From assembly GCF_021028975.2 (NCBI RefSeq), contig NC_059436.1, positions 2,480,001 through 2,544,000 on the forward strand: a stretch of 64,000 nt of DNA, in the 5' to 3' direction. Source of the stretch: Sphaerodactylus townsendi. Taxonomy: Eukaryota. The notes below the pieces were generated by a model. The model worked only from the letters and a program-made list of their open reading frames with translations. It searched no databases and was not told the DNA's origin. Position 1 is the stretch's first letter; the number at the start of each line of letters is the position of its first letter. A program made the translations under genes and the position numbers. Of the stretch, positions 50,623 through 62,621 are shown one piece after another.

Positions 50623-51106
50623 GGCCCTTTCCGCATGGGCCAAAAACGACGGCCTGGGGGCGGTAAAAACGCCGCCCCCAGGCCGCCGTTCGCACAGGCG
50701 GCGCTGCTGCAACGCAGCAGCGCCGACCTGACTGCTCCTCCCCAGAGGCGCCAGGCATCCTAAACAACAACCCTTTAAAGGGTTGTTGAAGCGTCTTCCG
50801 GCGCCGCAGTGCGAACCCGCGCCGCTGGTACCGCTATCCTCTGCCCGTCCCACTCTTTGTCCCGTCATGGCGGCTGGCCGTGAAGCCCATGCTGCCCTCA
50901 GGCCTCCAGGGGTCGGAGGACAGCGTATGAAGCCACTGCCAGCCGGCACGACGGAGACAAGGTGAGTGAGGATGAAGAAAAGCCGCCTGCCGCTTCACCG
51001 ACCTCTGCTGAGGAGCCGCCAGCATCGCGTGCATCATGACGACCTCGCCTCCACACCGGGCGAATTCTCGGCGTGGAAACAGGGAAAACATCTATCGGAA
51101 ACGGCC
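50623..51106. mobile_element. CpG-rich PIF/Harbinger-like MITE (484 bp)
   Basis: TIR GGCCCTTTCCG / CGGAAACGGCC; 3-bp TSD CTT. Confidence 0.8.
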
Positions 51107-52229
51107 CTTGTTATTTAACGAAAACCCACCACATCTACTCTACTGAGATCTCTGTTGCTGGTAAACAGTGATAGGATTTGTTGGGGGGGGGGGTGGCTAG
51201 GAGCAAGTACTGTGTAGAAAGTTCTACCATATATAAATGTGCTCACCTGGATGTTCTTGGATCAAGGGTACCGCATTCTTAAGATCTGCACTGTGGCCCT
51301 TAATTTTAAGTAACAGATTTCTCATAACATGAAGCATAGTCTTCAATTTTGTTGCTGCCGTCTAAGCACTGAATTCCTCCCATCATCTTCACATGCTGGC
51401 AAGTTGAATAATTAGGTTTAGCTTTTGCTGCTGTGCTTCTCTGAGTGCATTTGGGTTTGCTGAGCAGTGTAGCCACCTACAGACAATCAAACCTGCATGA
51501 AACCTGTGATTTCTGTTGTTTGTTTGCACATAAGACCTGCTCATTCCAGCTGGCTTTGCTTCCTTGCAAATATGTGTGGGATTGCAGACTGTGAAATCAT
51601 TTCCTGAACATTCTCTCCAACCAGGTTTTGCAAAGGCATCTTTTCAAAAAGCTGTTCTGAATCAGCAGGGGCTACCCTGACCCAAGAAGCCAAAAGTCTG
51701 GTGCAGCCTATTGCCTTGTGCTTTTTAGAAAAGAAATCAATCTTTGCTTTCCCAGACCAGTGTTCTTTTGGAGAAAGACCAAGGGGTTGTTAATGGAACA
51801 GAACATAAACTGAACAGGGCTCATTAAATCAATCATGTTTCCTGTATTTGCTTTGGATGGTTATTTGAGAAACTGGTAATTTTGGACCCGTCACACGCTG
51901 GCTGTTTGGGACAAAACACGTGTCCAAGGATGGCTAGCTGTTTTGTTCATAATCTCACTTTTTCAATAAAATTTATAAAGATGACTTTAAAATATTTTTA
52001 TCGTGCTAGATAAAGGAGATACAACTGTAGTCTGACTGACACGGTGTGGCTCTTTTGTACAGTTGGGATCCATGTAGAAATGTCAAATGTCCAGGGTCCC
52101 CTTTGCATTTCATGGACTTTTGGCCCCACAGTTTACAGGTTAGCCGTGTCTCTTCTGTTGTATACCTGCATATATGCACCTGGTAAAATGGGCTGTAGTC
52201 CTCAAAAGCTTAGGTCACAATTAATCTTA

Positions 52230-52771
52230 GGCCCTTTCCACACTGCAATGGTGCGGGAGTGCGACGGCATCAACAATGCCGACGCAACCCCCCCTTCCCC
52301 AGGACCGTTTGCATGGACGGTCCCGGGAGGGTGGCAGGCAGCGGTGCAGCCTTCGCACAGGCTGTGCCGTCGCCAAACGCCTACCTTGTCTCCTGGCTTC
52401 CAGCTTGTCGCAGAGGCCAGGGGACATGCCCCTGCAGGCTGGAGCGATGGCTCTGGAGTTGCAGGCCAGGGTGGCGTGTCCCCTGGCCTCAGCGACAAGC
52501 TGGAAGCCAGAAGACAAGGTAGGCGTTTGGGGACGGTGCAGGGGAAATGGCGCCTTCCAGCCGCTGCCATTTCCACGGCAGCAGTTGGAAGACTCTGCTT
52601 CCGAAAAACATTGCTCAGGGAGTGAGGTTCGGAAGCAGCGTCTTTGCGCTGCTCGGGGGTTGCGAGGCCGGCGCTGCTGCGATGCAGTGGCGGCGGCTGT
52701 GTGAACCCCTCCCCAGGGATGCTGTTTTTAGCGTCCCTGGGGCGCTCTTTCCCACCCGTACGGAAAGGGCC
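52230..52771. mobile_element. CpG-rich PIF/Harbinger-like MITE (542 bp) with an internal 58-bp hairpin
   Basis: TIR GGCCCTTTCC / GGAAAGGGCC; TSD TTA. Confidence 0.82.
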
Positions 52772-52853
52772 TTAATCTTTTATGTGTAAGGAAATTCTTC
52801 CTTGTTTTGCTATGGAACCTTTTTTGATAGGTATTTGCACTGGTAGATATAGG

Positions 52854-52954
52854 CAGTGGTGGGATTCAGCAGGTTCTCACCCATTCAGCATAACCAGTTG
52901 TTAAAATGGTCCTTGTAAAAAACCCGTTGTTAAATTATTTGAATCCTACCGCTG
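52854..52954. mobile_element. 101-bp hAT MITE
   Basis: TIR CAGTGGTGGGATTCA / TGAATCCTACCGCTG; perfect 8-bp TSD GATATAGG. Confidence 0.88.
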
Positions 52955-53207
52955 GATATAGGCATATAACAACCACAGGGCACATGTATAAGTTCAAGCA
53001 AACCTAGAAGAATAGGTACAGCTGCCAATCTGGAGCACAAAAACTCGGGTCTGTGCGTGCCTGGATCGGAGCAGAAGGATCCATGAGCATTGACCATAGT
53101 ATAGATTCAGGTTGGTATTCCAGGGGTGTTGCCACTTTATCCCTGGCTTATTAGACTAAAAATCATACTCCCATAATGCATGAGTGTTGCACATGCACTA
53201 GAGTGTG

Positions 53208-53676
53208 TGTAACCTCAGCTTGTGGGTTCTGTGGGGCAGTACTTGGAATGAGTTGCAACAACAATTTTTAAACAACAAAATGGTTTACTTTTCTTTACAA
53301 TTAACACTTTTAAAACATCAACATTTAACGTTACAATTCAAGGTCCTGTTCAGGTTGCATTTCAAGTCCTTCTATTTACAGTCTACTGATATTGCCAAGT
53401 CCAAATTCTTCTTTGCAAGTTGGCTGGCTCCTGAAGACTCCAAGGGCTTGATGAACAGGTTGCAACATGATGAAGGTCTCCAGGAGAACTCTCACCCATT
53501 ACAACCACAAAAGAAAACCCTTAACAAGGTGTTAAGGGCTTATAGAAATCAAGGTCCGAGTCTGGTACCCTTGTCTTCTGCGAAGAGCTCTTGCAGCCTT
53601 TCTGCTGCTCTGAGTCTCCACCCCCTTACTGGGTCAACCCATTCTGGGCCAACCCATTCTGGGCATGGGGGTTACA
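53208..53676. mobile_element. Solo LTR (Gypsy/ERV-type), 469 bp
   Basis: TGTAACC...GGTTACA termini; 4-bp TSD TGTG at 53204-07 and 53677-80. Confidence 0.75.
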
Positions 53677-54355
53677 TGTGCACTAGAGTACACAAGGGAA
53701 GAATAACAGTTCAATGGTACCATGCACATTCTGTATGCAGGCACTCTCAGGTTAAAACCATGGTGTCTTCAGTTTCAAAAAGTCTGATGTAGCGCAGCTG
53801 AAATGGACCTCTGCAGGAAACTCATAGATCCCATAAGTAACCTTGAATAGGGCTTGTGCCCATCTACATGCACTCAGAGGGGAAACAGAACTCTGTTGGC
53901 TCTGTGGGATATTGTAGCTTCTTAAATCCCCATAATAATGTGCAATAATACTGTGTGGCCATGTTCATGCATCAGAGAACAGAAAAGCTTTGTTGTGCCC
54001 TATGCAGGCATTATGCCTGAGGTAGAACAATTTGAGGGTCCATTCTTAAACCATAATTCTCTTTATGTGTTTTGAGTTTCTAATACGGAGATTTAATCAT
54101 GAACAGTGTATATACCTGAAGTTTTTGGTGGCACAGAAAGATGGCAATTTTCTCTCATCCCTTGGATCTCAAAGCAAGAATTTTGGGAAATTACTAGAAG
54201 AGAGACAGGCTTTATCCTGGGCATGCATCTGCGAAACAAACCATATTGGGTTGTGGGGTTTTTATTTTCTAAATGTCTATGCTTCTTGGAATACCTAGCA
54301 CTTATGAATACTGCTAATACACCTTATTCAGCCTTGGTTGTTTTCTACATTCTAG

Positions 54356-54450
54356 GATTTCCTGATGGAAACATTCATCATGTTTAAGGATCTGATTGGA
54401 AAGAACGTCTATGCAAGTGACTGGATGGTTATGACTATGATGCAGAGCAG
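54356..54450 (+). CDS. DOCK5: DOCK5 exon 29: [31 protein letters not shown](S)
   Basis: ttctag| ... |gtaata; 95 nt. Confidence 0.95.
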
Positions 54451-55103
54451 GTAATAAACCTGTTGTCCCTATTTCATAGCCCAAAGCATTTTTCCTATGG
54501 TCTTGCATAGTCTCGGATAATGTGCATGTTGATACAGCAATATCCTCATCAGATGCAAGTCTGTTATGAGGGTAATATATGTGATGTAGCACCCTGTAAA
54601 AGCCCTTTGTGGGTGTGGGTTCTCAATGGATAAAAGCATATTTTTCTGCATTCCTGGGGAGTTTCCTGAATACATAAAAATCCTTGCTTTGACCTGGCTT
54701 TGCTTCATTTGTGATTGGCATACATTGCTATGTGTACTCTTACAGTAAAAATGCAAATTGCACCCTTTCTGGTTTAAATGTTGATAGTTAGCACTTTTGA
54801 ATGTGCCAGATTGAATATGGCTAAAAATTAAACTGAGTGCAAAACTTCCTTTGTTTTCTGCACCATTACTGAGTTACTAAAGTGATGTCTCTTTAACACG
54901 GGTTGTTTTGAACTCACAGAACCATCTCCTTGAAGATCATGTTGTTTTTAAAAACAATATAAATGGTCTCGGCTTCTTAGCCAGTATAAAATAGAAACAG
55001 TGCCTGATAATTTGTGGAAACACTTCCAAACACCTCCTCTGGCTTTACAGGGATTACAGATACTTGCAGCATTTCCTCATCCATGTTTCCTTAACTTTTC
55101 CAG

Positions 55104-55182
55104 CGTTTTTCTTCGAGCCATTAACCAATATACTTCTGTGCTCCACCGCTTCTTCTTGAATGAGACAAGTTTTGAACTGCAG
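55104..55182 (+). CDS. DOCK5: DOCK5 exon 30: VFLRAINQYTSVLHRFFLNETSFELQ
   Basis: ttccag| ... |gtaacg; 79 nt. Confidence 0.95.
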
Positions 55183-55826
55183 GTAACGTCAGTCCTGATG
55201 GTGTCATCTGCACCTCTGGCAATCATTTCTCAGGATTTGCAGTAGAAGTTAGTAATGTCTGTATAATTCAAAGCGTTTTTAAAATGCTATTATTAACTTT
55301 CTGACTGAGGTCTTCCACTTCAGTAGAGACATCTGGTGAGTGGAGCTGGGCTGAAGTAGTGCATTGTTGATGTGAGAAGCTATTCTTTCACTGCACATGC
55401 AAAAAGTGTTGGGAGAAACTGGAGCTGTTGAACTCATTCTTCAGCAGAGAGGAGAGGCATTGAAAGTGATGCAGTGACTGCCAATCTTTACCTTTGAGAT
55501 TGAAGAACTCTGCCTTGTCAGAGCTGCAAAGGATGAGGGGGAGGGCGGGTCTAGTTGTCTTACTGGCTGCTTTGGGGACTGAAGTTCCTTCCCTGGTGAA
55601 TGGTTAAGAAGGGGTGCTGCAGATTAAGTGTGAGCTCCACTTTCTCCTGCCTTTGCTTCCCAAGTGATTTGTATTTCTGCCTCAGAATCCCAATCCACGG
55701 TGGATTTTTCTCTGTTATGAGCAACTCTGGGTCCTCATAGGAAAGAAAACTGAGAAATTATTAATCCAAATTTAATCAAGTCTGTTCTGTAACATATTCT
55801 CCCCTTTTCAATTCCCTCCCTCTCAG

Positions 55827-55927
55827 CTGTGGAATAATTACTTTCACTTGGCTGTAGCCTTTCTTACCCACGATTCCCTCCAGCTGGAGAGCTTCTCGCA
55901 GGCCAAACGGAACAAGATGGTCAAGAA
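55827..55927 (+). CDS. DOCK5: DOCK5 exon 31: [33 protein letters not shown](K)
   Basis: tctcag| ... |gtaagt; 101 nt. Confidence 0.95.
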
Positions 55928-56230
55928 GTAAGTTTTCATGTGAGTTTTTTCATATTATTTGTTTTACTTTTTAGGACCAGTTTGCACTTTAAAACATGTG
56001 GTCTTGGAACATCAGCCTTGCTTCCATTTGCACCCCAACTGCGTCCATTGCAGAGGCAGTAGTCCTCTGCAGAAGACTTTGCTCTGATATAAGTGGTGCT
56101 TTTGGGTTCCTTTCTCCCACATTTGCTTCTCTCTCCCAACTAAAAACTTCATTTAAAAAGAGATGGTTGATGGCATAAGCAACTTTGCTTCTATCATAAG
56201 CAACTTTGCTTCTATCAACTTTGCTTCTAT

Positions 56231-58518
56231 CCCGGTCGCGGCTAGCTCCTTGGTACACTGAGGAGCTACGCCATATGAAACGGGAGCTCAGACGGCTAGA
56301 GCGAGTGTGGAGGAAATCTCGTGACAGGGCTGCGCGAACATCTTATAGGACGTTTATGAAGGCCTATGAGATGGCGACTTGCAGCCCTGTCTTTCTTCTC
56401 CTCCTCTCTCGCATCTGCTAGCTCTCGCCTGGCACAATTATTTCGTATCATTCGGTCACTCACCTCATTGTCTGAGGGCTCTACAAATCAACAATTGGCT
56501 ATTAGCTGTGAGGCATTTATGAGCTTTTTTGTGGATAAAGTCGCGTCGCTCCGCCAGGACCTTCCTTCCACCTTAGAGACAATAAATGAACTGGAGGCTC
56601 CCTTGCCGTCTTCTGGCGCTTGTTTGACCCAGCAGTTTTCCCTGCTCTCTGAAGCCAGCTGTCGACATTGTGGGTCCTGGCTTCTGTTAGACCTACTACC
56701 TGTCCTCTGGATCCGGGTGGCCCCTCCTGGCTTATTAAAGCATGCCGGGTGGAGCTACTGACCCCACCTGTTGAATATCGTCAATAGCTCCCTTGAGCCA
56801 GGAGTTATTCCGGTGGGTTGGAAGGAGGCAGTGGTCCGCCCACTCTTAAAAAAGCATCCATCGTTAGATCCCTGGAGATCTGGCCAATTACCGCCCCGTT
56901 TCGAATCTTTCGTTTCTGGGGAAGGTAATTGAGAGAGTGGTGTTGGAGCAGCTTCAGGGCTTCCTGGAGGACACATCGGCGCTCGATCCCTTCCAGTATG
57001 GCTTCCATGCTGGGCATGGGACGGAGACTGTTCTTGTCGCCGTCACAGATACGCTCCGTATGCTACCTGACTGAGGCGGATCGGCGCTGCTGGTGTTGTT
57101 AGATCTTACCGCAGCGTTTGATGTGGTCGACCACGACCTTTTGACCCACCGCCTGGCCGCTTCTGGGGTGCGGGGCACTGTCTTTCAGTGGATTGCCTCG
57201 TTTCTCCGGGACTGGGGTCAGCAAGTGTGGTGCGGGGACCAAGCTTCCCGGAGGTGCCCACTTCATTGTGGTGTGCCTCAGGGGGCACTGTTGTCCCCGC
57301 TATTATTTAACATCTATATGCGACCCCTTGCTCATTTGGTACGGAGCTTTGGGCTGACCTGTCATCAGTACGCTGATGACACTCAGCTCATTCTGTTGAT
57401 GGAGAGGGGAACGGTCATCGCCCCTGCGGCTCTCCAGCATTGTTTGGAGGCGGTTGCTGGTTGGTTGAAGCAGAGCAGGTTAAAACTGAACCCGTCAAAG
57501 ACGGAGATCCTCTGGCTGGGGCGGGAAGGAGGGGGTGGGGATCTCCAGCCGCCAACATGGGAGGGGGCTACATTGGCACCGGCCTCCTCCATTCGTAGCC
57601 TGGGGGTCCACCTGGATTCATCTCTTTCAATGGAGACCCAGGTGGCCCATGTAACCCGGGTTGCGTTTTTCCATCTGCGCCAAGCCCGGCGGCTGGCCCC
57701 CTTCCTCTCTCAACCGGACCTGGCCACCGTGATCCACGCAATGGTCACCTCCAGACTGGATTATTGCAACTCGCTCTACACAGGCCTTCCCTTGCGTCTG
57801 ATTCGGAAATTAAAATTGGTCCAGAATGCGGCGGCACGCTTGCTCACAGGAGGTGCCGCCAGAGACCATATCTCGCCTGTGCTGTGCCGCCTGCACTGGT
57901 TACCGATTGAATTCCGAATTGTTTTCAAGGTGTTGGTTTTGACCTTTAAGGCCTTGCGCGGCCTGGGACCCTCGTACCTACGGGACCGTCTTGCCCCATA
58001 TGTCCCAAATCGGCCTCTGCGCTCAGCAGAGGCAAATTTACTGGTGATCCCTGGCCCCTCAATGATGCGGCTGGCCTCCACCCAGGCCAGAGCCTTTACA
58101 GCTCTGGCCCCTGCCTGGCGGAACGCTCTTCCTCCAACTACGCAGGCCCTGCGGGATCTTAATGAATTTTGCAGGGCCTGCAAGACGGAGCTGTTCCACC
58201 GGGCCTTTGGGGAGCCCGGCCGCTGATGCCCCCCCCACTTTCTAAAATCTGTGGACCCTGCCATTCCCCCTCCCTCTTCTTTCCTCCCCCCCTCTTTTCT
58301 TAGGGGACTACGAGTAGGACGCCATCGGTAATTTTGATAGATGCTGCATTTTAATGGGGGTCGATTTTAACTTATAGAGCCATATTTAATAACTATTTAA
58401 AAATTTGATTTTATTTGTGCTCTATCTATTTGTTTGTTCGCCGCCCTGAGCCCTTCGGGGGAGGGCGGTTTATAAATATAATAAATAAAAATAAAATAAT
58501 AAATAATAAAATAATATA
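56231..58518 (+). mobile_element. 5'-truncated L2-clade LINE (about 2.3 kb): disrupted ORF2 with reverse transcriptase, 3' stem-loop and A-rich tail
   Basis: ORF 57093..58226 has LDLTAAFD, GVPQG, YADD, RLDYCNSL, LHWLP. There are upstream frameshifts and an in-frame TGA at 57072 (probably CGA to TGA). Terminal ccgccct..agggcgg stem and (AAT/AAAT)n tail. Confidence 0.93.
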
Positions 58519-58695
58519 ACCTAATCGTCTGTCACTACTTACCAGCTGAAGACCAAAGTTTTATGGCATGGGGCAGAAGGGTGGCCAACTGTTTGCAGAA
58601 CCAGGCCTTGGTTCCCCTGGATATTTGTGAAAATCAAATGTTGGTGTGTATTCCCACTCTCTTTCTCTCTCTAATTCCATGTACTCTTTCTGCAG

Positions 58696-58754
58696 ATATG
58701 GGGACATGAGGAAGGACATTGGCTTCAAAATAAAAGACATGTGGAATAACTTAG
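58696..58754 (+). CDS. DOCK5: DOCK5 exon 32: YGDMRKDIGFKIKDMWNNL(G)
   Basis: ctgcag| ... |gtaagc; 59 nt. Confidence 0.95.
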
Positions 58755-59320
58755 GTAAGCATCAAGCACCTGCTAAGAATGTGGAGTGGCAGTTATGGGG
58801 TCTACATAGCTTGAGTAGTGCAGAGTCAGCCTTCATTTGTAAGATCAAGCTGTACACAGTGCATTCCTTCATCTCATGGGCAGGCCACAAGCTTTTTTGC
58901 TGGAGAGGTTGTCTTTGGAGACTGAAGGATATATAGGAGAAAGTGGGGTTGAGAATCTGAATACTTGATGGCACACTGGCACAGTGGTGGTTTTAAACCA
59001 GATCTCCCCAGCTATGCTGGTTACAGTCCTGAGTTCCTCACTAAAGGTAATGCAAAGAATGGTGGGTATGATTATAATGTGCTCAAAGCAGTGAAAAGAG
59101 TGAACAGGCCACCAGTACCCTTGAAAATGCCTCTCAGCCATTACAGCACATAGAATTTCAGGAGCATGGCAGCTAAAAGGGTGAAACTACAATCTGAGGA
59201 TCCCTGGTTCAAATCTTGCCTCCTCTTTAACCTCACTTGATAGCCTTGACAGACTATTTAGCCTTATGGAGATACTACTGGCACTACTTTACAGGGCTGC
59301 TGTAAGAATGATAAGAAGAT

Positions 59321-59440
59321 ACTGGCTGTTGTGGGTTTTCTGGGCTGTGTGGCCATAGGTCTGGAAAACAGACTTCGAAAACAGCCTGGAAAACCCACAA
59401 CAGCCAGTTGATTCCAGCCGTGAAAACCTTCAGTAATGCA
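59321..59440. mobile_element. Penelope-derived inverted terminal fragment
   Basis: 27-bp arms 59321-59347 / 59382-59408. Confidence 0.65.
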
Positions 59441-59598
59441 TAGATAGGATAATTTAGAGAAGGTTCTTCAGACACTGAAACCACTCTATACATGTGGAGC
59501 ATTGTTAATCATTATTATTCTATTAACAAGAGCAGTGTGTTCTGAAGCAGATGTGGCAGAATGGCCATCTGCTTTGTCCCTGATCCCCTTCTTTGCAG

Positions 59599-59753
59599 GA
59601 CCTCACAAGATCAAATTCATCCCTTCTATGGTTGGCCCGATCCTGGAGGTGACCTTGACACCTGAGCCTGAATTGCGAAAGGCAACCATCCCCATCTTCT
59701 TTGATATGATGCAGTGTGAATTTAACTTCAGTGGGAGCAGGAGCTTCCATAAG
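59599..59753 (+). CDS. DOCK5: DOCK5 exon 33: [51 protein letters not shown]
   Basis: ttgcag| ... |gtatgg; 155 nt. Confidence 0.95.
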
Positions 59754-60822
59754 GTATGGGAAAAGTACAAAAATGGGTTTCTGGAGGGAAGTGGGAGGTT
59801 GAGATTTGGGGTATGTGATATATATATATAGACAGTCACATACAGGCAGTAGAATGTTGAGAGCCCAAAGGCTTAATATAGAACTTCACATGTTCAGCTG
59901 GAGGAAACTGTGAGCATTCTTAGCCAGAGCACTGAGAGTTTTGAGGAGAGAACTGAAGTGAGAATCAGAGTGAACAGGACAGTTTTAAAATAGGGAATCT
60001 GTGCCAAGGTCCTGGAGTTAACCTCAATACAGTGACACTGATTAATCACACCAGTGGCTTCACTGATTTTTCGGAGGAGAACTCACTCAGATATGGGGCA
60101 GTGAAACTCCTGAGGGTGGTTGAGTTTTTAAAGAGAGAAAGGATTGGGTTTCCTGGAGGAAAGTCCCAAGTCCTTCTGTGAGAAGCACAGTGACACTCTA
60201 GTGGAGAAGTGACACTCTAGTGGAGAGACTTTCAAGTTAGTGTCTGAGGAACTGTGTAGGTTACACTTACCCATCGGCAGAATTAAAGGTTTAGCACATA
60301 AACTAGAAAGCCAAACAGAAAGCTGGTGGGTCTTTATTGTGTGTATACAACAAATTGAAGGCACTAAACAAATTGACAGCAACAAATTGAAGGCACTGAA
60401 GAAAGTAACCTGTATGAACCTTGTATTAAGTGTAAAAAGATACTGAAACAACTTGTAAATAGTAACCTATCTAAAACTAGCTTCTTGTCTTTGTGTGTGT
60501 GTGTGTGTGTGTATTTGTCCTTTGCCAGAAAAACTTCCTGATTTAGTTCTTGTAAATAAAAACATTTGATTCTTTGTTAACCATTATAAGTCTCTGGTGC
60601 CAGATTATTATTATTTTATTTTCTGACATGAAGGAAAATGTTATTTAGGGATCCCTTCAGAGTTGCTTATCTTCCTGTCTGTGAAGTGACCATGTGAAAC
60701 AGCTGAAGAAAGTTCTTTTAAATACAGGAAGTGCAGATAAACATCTTGTGTTGGCAGTTTTGGGATATGAAGTGGATCATCAATATTATATGATTTCTGA
60801 TTCTTTTGCTTTGCCTTTGTAG

Positions 60823-60908
60823 TTTGAAAATGAACTTATAACCAAACTGGATCAGGAAGTTGAAGGGGGTCGAGGAGATGAACAGTACAAGGTTTTGCTG
60901 GAGAAACT
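60823..60908 (+). CDS. DOCK5: DOCK5 exon 34: FENELITKLDQEVEGGRGDEQYKVLLEK(L)
   Basis: ttgtag| ... |gtaagt; 86 nt. Confidence 0.95.
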
Positions 60909-61290
60909 GTAAGTGTGTGAGTGCTCTTGATTATCTTTATAGGTATACTATTTGTCTGGCCTAGACAGGTGCCACCATTATCATGGACCTCTTCCTATGA
61001 AAAGTAAACACTATATATGCAGTCACTGAGAACCAGTGTTGTGTCTTGGTAAGAATGTTGTACTGAGATCTGGGACGACCTACGTTCCAATCCTCATTCA
61101 AATATAAAGCTCATTTTGGGCATTGGAACAATTCCTATCTCTCAGCCTGACTTACTTCACAGTGTTGTGGAGTCAAAATGGAGGAGGAGAGAACCATATA
61201 GTGAAGGTCAGGGCTTAAAGGCTGTTTAAGAAAAGGTAGTGCAGTTTCAGAAAGGAAAAAAAACTTAAAAGTTTTAAAATGCTGAAGAAC

Positions 61291-61383
61291 ACTCTGGGAG
61301 TCTAGTTCAATAGGGGAAACCAAATAAAGGGTTAAGACTCTGGGAGTCTAGTTCAAGAATGGAAACCAAATAAATGGTTAAGA
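61291..61383. repeat. 46-bp tandem duplication
   Basis: actctgggagtctagttcaa....ggaaaccaaataaa.ggttaag twice. Confidence 0.85.
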
Positions 61384-61798
61384 AGAGTGGAACCCCCTCT
61401 TCCTTTGCTCAAATTGCCGCTGCCCACACACACAGTTCTTTTTACAGATTGACAGAGAAATAAGAAATTTTCATCATGTCTGTTTTTTCCTGCAATACTT
61501 TGCATAACATAGTTTTAATGTCACATTCTAAGCCTTGAGTAGTACTGCAGCATATATCAGTGCTGCCATTACAGGTAGTTCAGGCTGGAGCTGTGTTTTC
61601 TCCCAACTAGAAGATTTTAGATGAGTGTGTTTCTTTTAAATGCAAATGTGACAACTGAAAGGAGTCCTCATGTGCCAAGGCCGTCCTCACTTTCGATCTA
61701 TCCAAAGGCTGAACAAGTTATCCTGCCACAGGCTGACACTAAGCGATCTGCTGGCAGGAATTAATTCTCAGCTGCATTACCTCATGCTCAGGACTATT

Positions 61799-61937
61799 GG
61801 CACTTTCACACATGCAGAATAATGCACTTTCAATCCACTTTCACAATTGTTTGCAAGTGGATTTTGCTAGTTCGTCCAGCTGCAAAGTGCATTGAAAGTG
61901 GATTGAAAGTGCATTATTCTGCATGTGTGAAAGTACC
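61799..61937. mobile_element. Palindromic Harbinger-like MITE, family of 40354-40504
   Basis: Arms actttcacacatgcagaataatgcactttcaatccactttca and its reverse complement; TSD not clear. Confidence 0.8.
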
Positions 61938-62464
61938 CCAAGTCTATGTTGCCCTTTAAAAATCCCTGTTGTGCATGAAACAAACCCACAGCCAGCATTA
62001 ACTAGTTTGATTCACACTGGATTTTTGACACTTGGAACAACAACTAGCATGACAGAAAGCTACAAAAGAGAAAACTGTTGTAGAGGTTTGAGGGACGACT
62101 AAGGCCTCTGCTAAGGATTGTCCATATGTCCGTTTTGTTTTCTGAACTTTTCACAAGACTGACATTTCCTGTCATCCATGAGTGTTAGAAGGATATTGCC
62201 TTGTTTTAAAACATAAAATGGAATCCATGTAACAATAATACAATTTTTTTCCTGGTATAGGCTGAGGTAGAACAAAAGGAATCATTCTGACATTTTCTTT
62301 TTACTGACCCTTGTATTTTCATATTTTCAGACTGTGTCTGTAGCTTTTCGTATGTACGCTGAACCATTGAGGTGGAGCAGGTTGGGGGGTGAAATTAAAT
62401 ATAATGTAAAAAGTAGAATTTCTAATGTGTCTCTTCTTTCTTCATTCCAATGCGCTCGCCACAG

Positions 62465-62621
62465 TCTGCTGGAACGCTGTCAGAAGCATACGTACCTATC
62501 AAGCTCAGGGGAGGTATTTGCTCTGTTGGTTAGCAGCTTGCTGGAGAATCTCCTGGATTACAGGACCATCATGCAAGATGGCAGCAAAGAAAACCGCATG
62601 AGTTGCACCGTGAATGTGCTG
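62465..62621 (+). CDS. DOCK5: DOCK5 exon 35: LLERCQKHTYLSSSGEVFALLVSSLLENLLDYRTIMQDGSKENRMSCTVNVL
   Basis: ccacag| ... |gtacgg; 157 nt. Confidence 0.95.

Noticed and set aside
50507-52789. Cluster of overlapping 120-190 aa ORFs in GC-rich patches
   Set aside because: They lie in TIR/TSD-bounded MITEs. High GC suppresses stop codons, the palindrome gives mirrored peptides on both strands, and no domain is recognisable.
53205-53792. 195-aa ORF
   Set aside because: It coincides with the solo LTR, has a non-ATG start and shows no recognisable motif.
57776-58264. Antisense 162-aa ORF and other ORFs overlapping the L2
   Set aside because: Shadow ORFs of a GC-rich RT coding sequence.
59814-60701. 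Possible solo LTR (TG...CA, AATAAA, small internal duplications)
   Set aside because: No TSD or convincing terminal inverted repeat was found.
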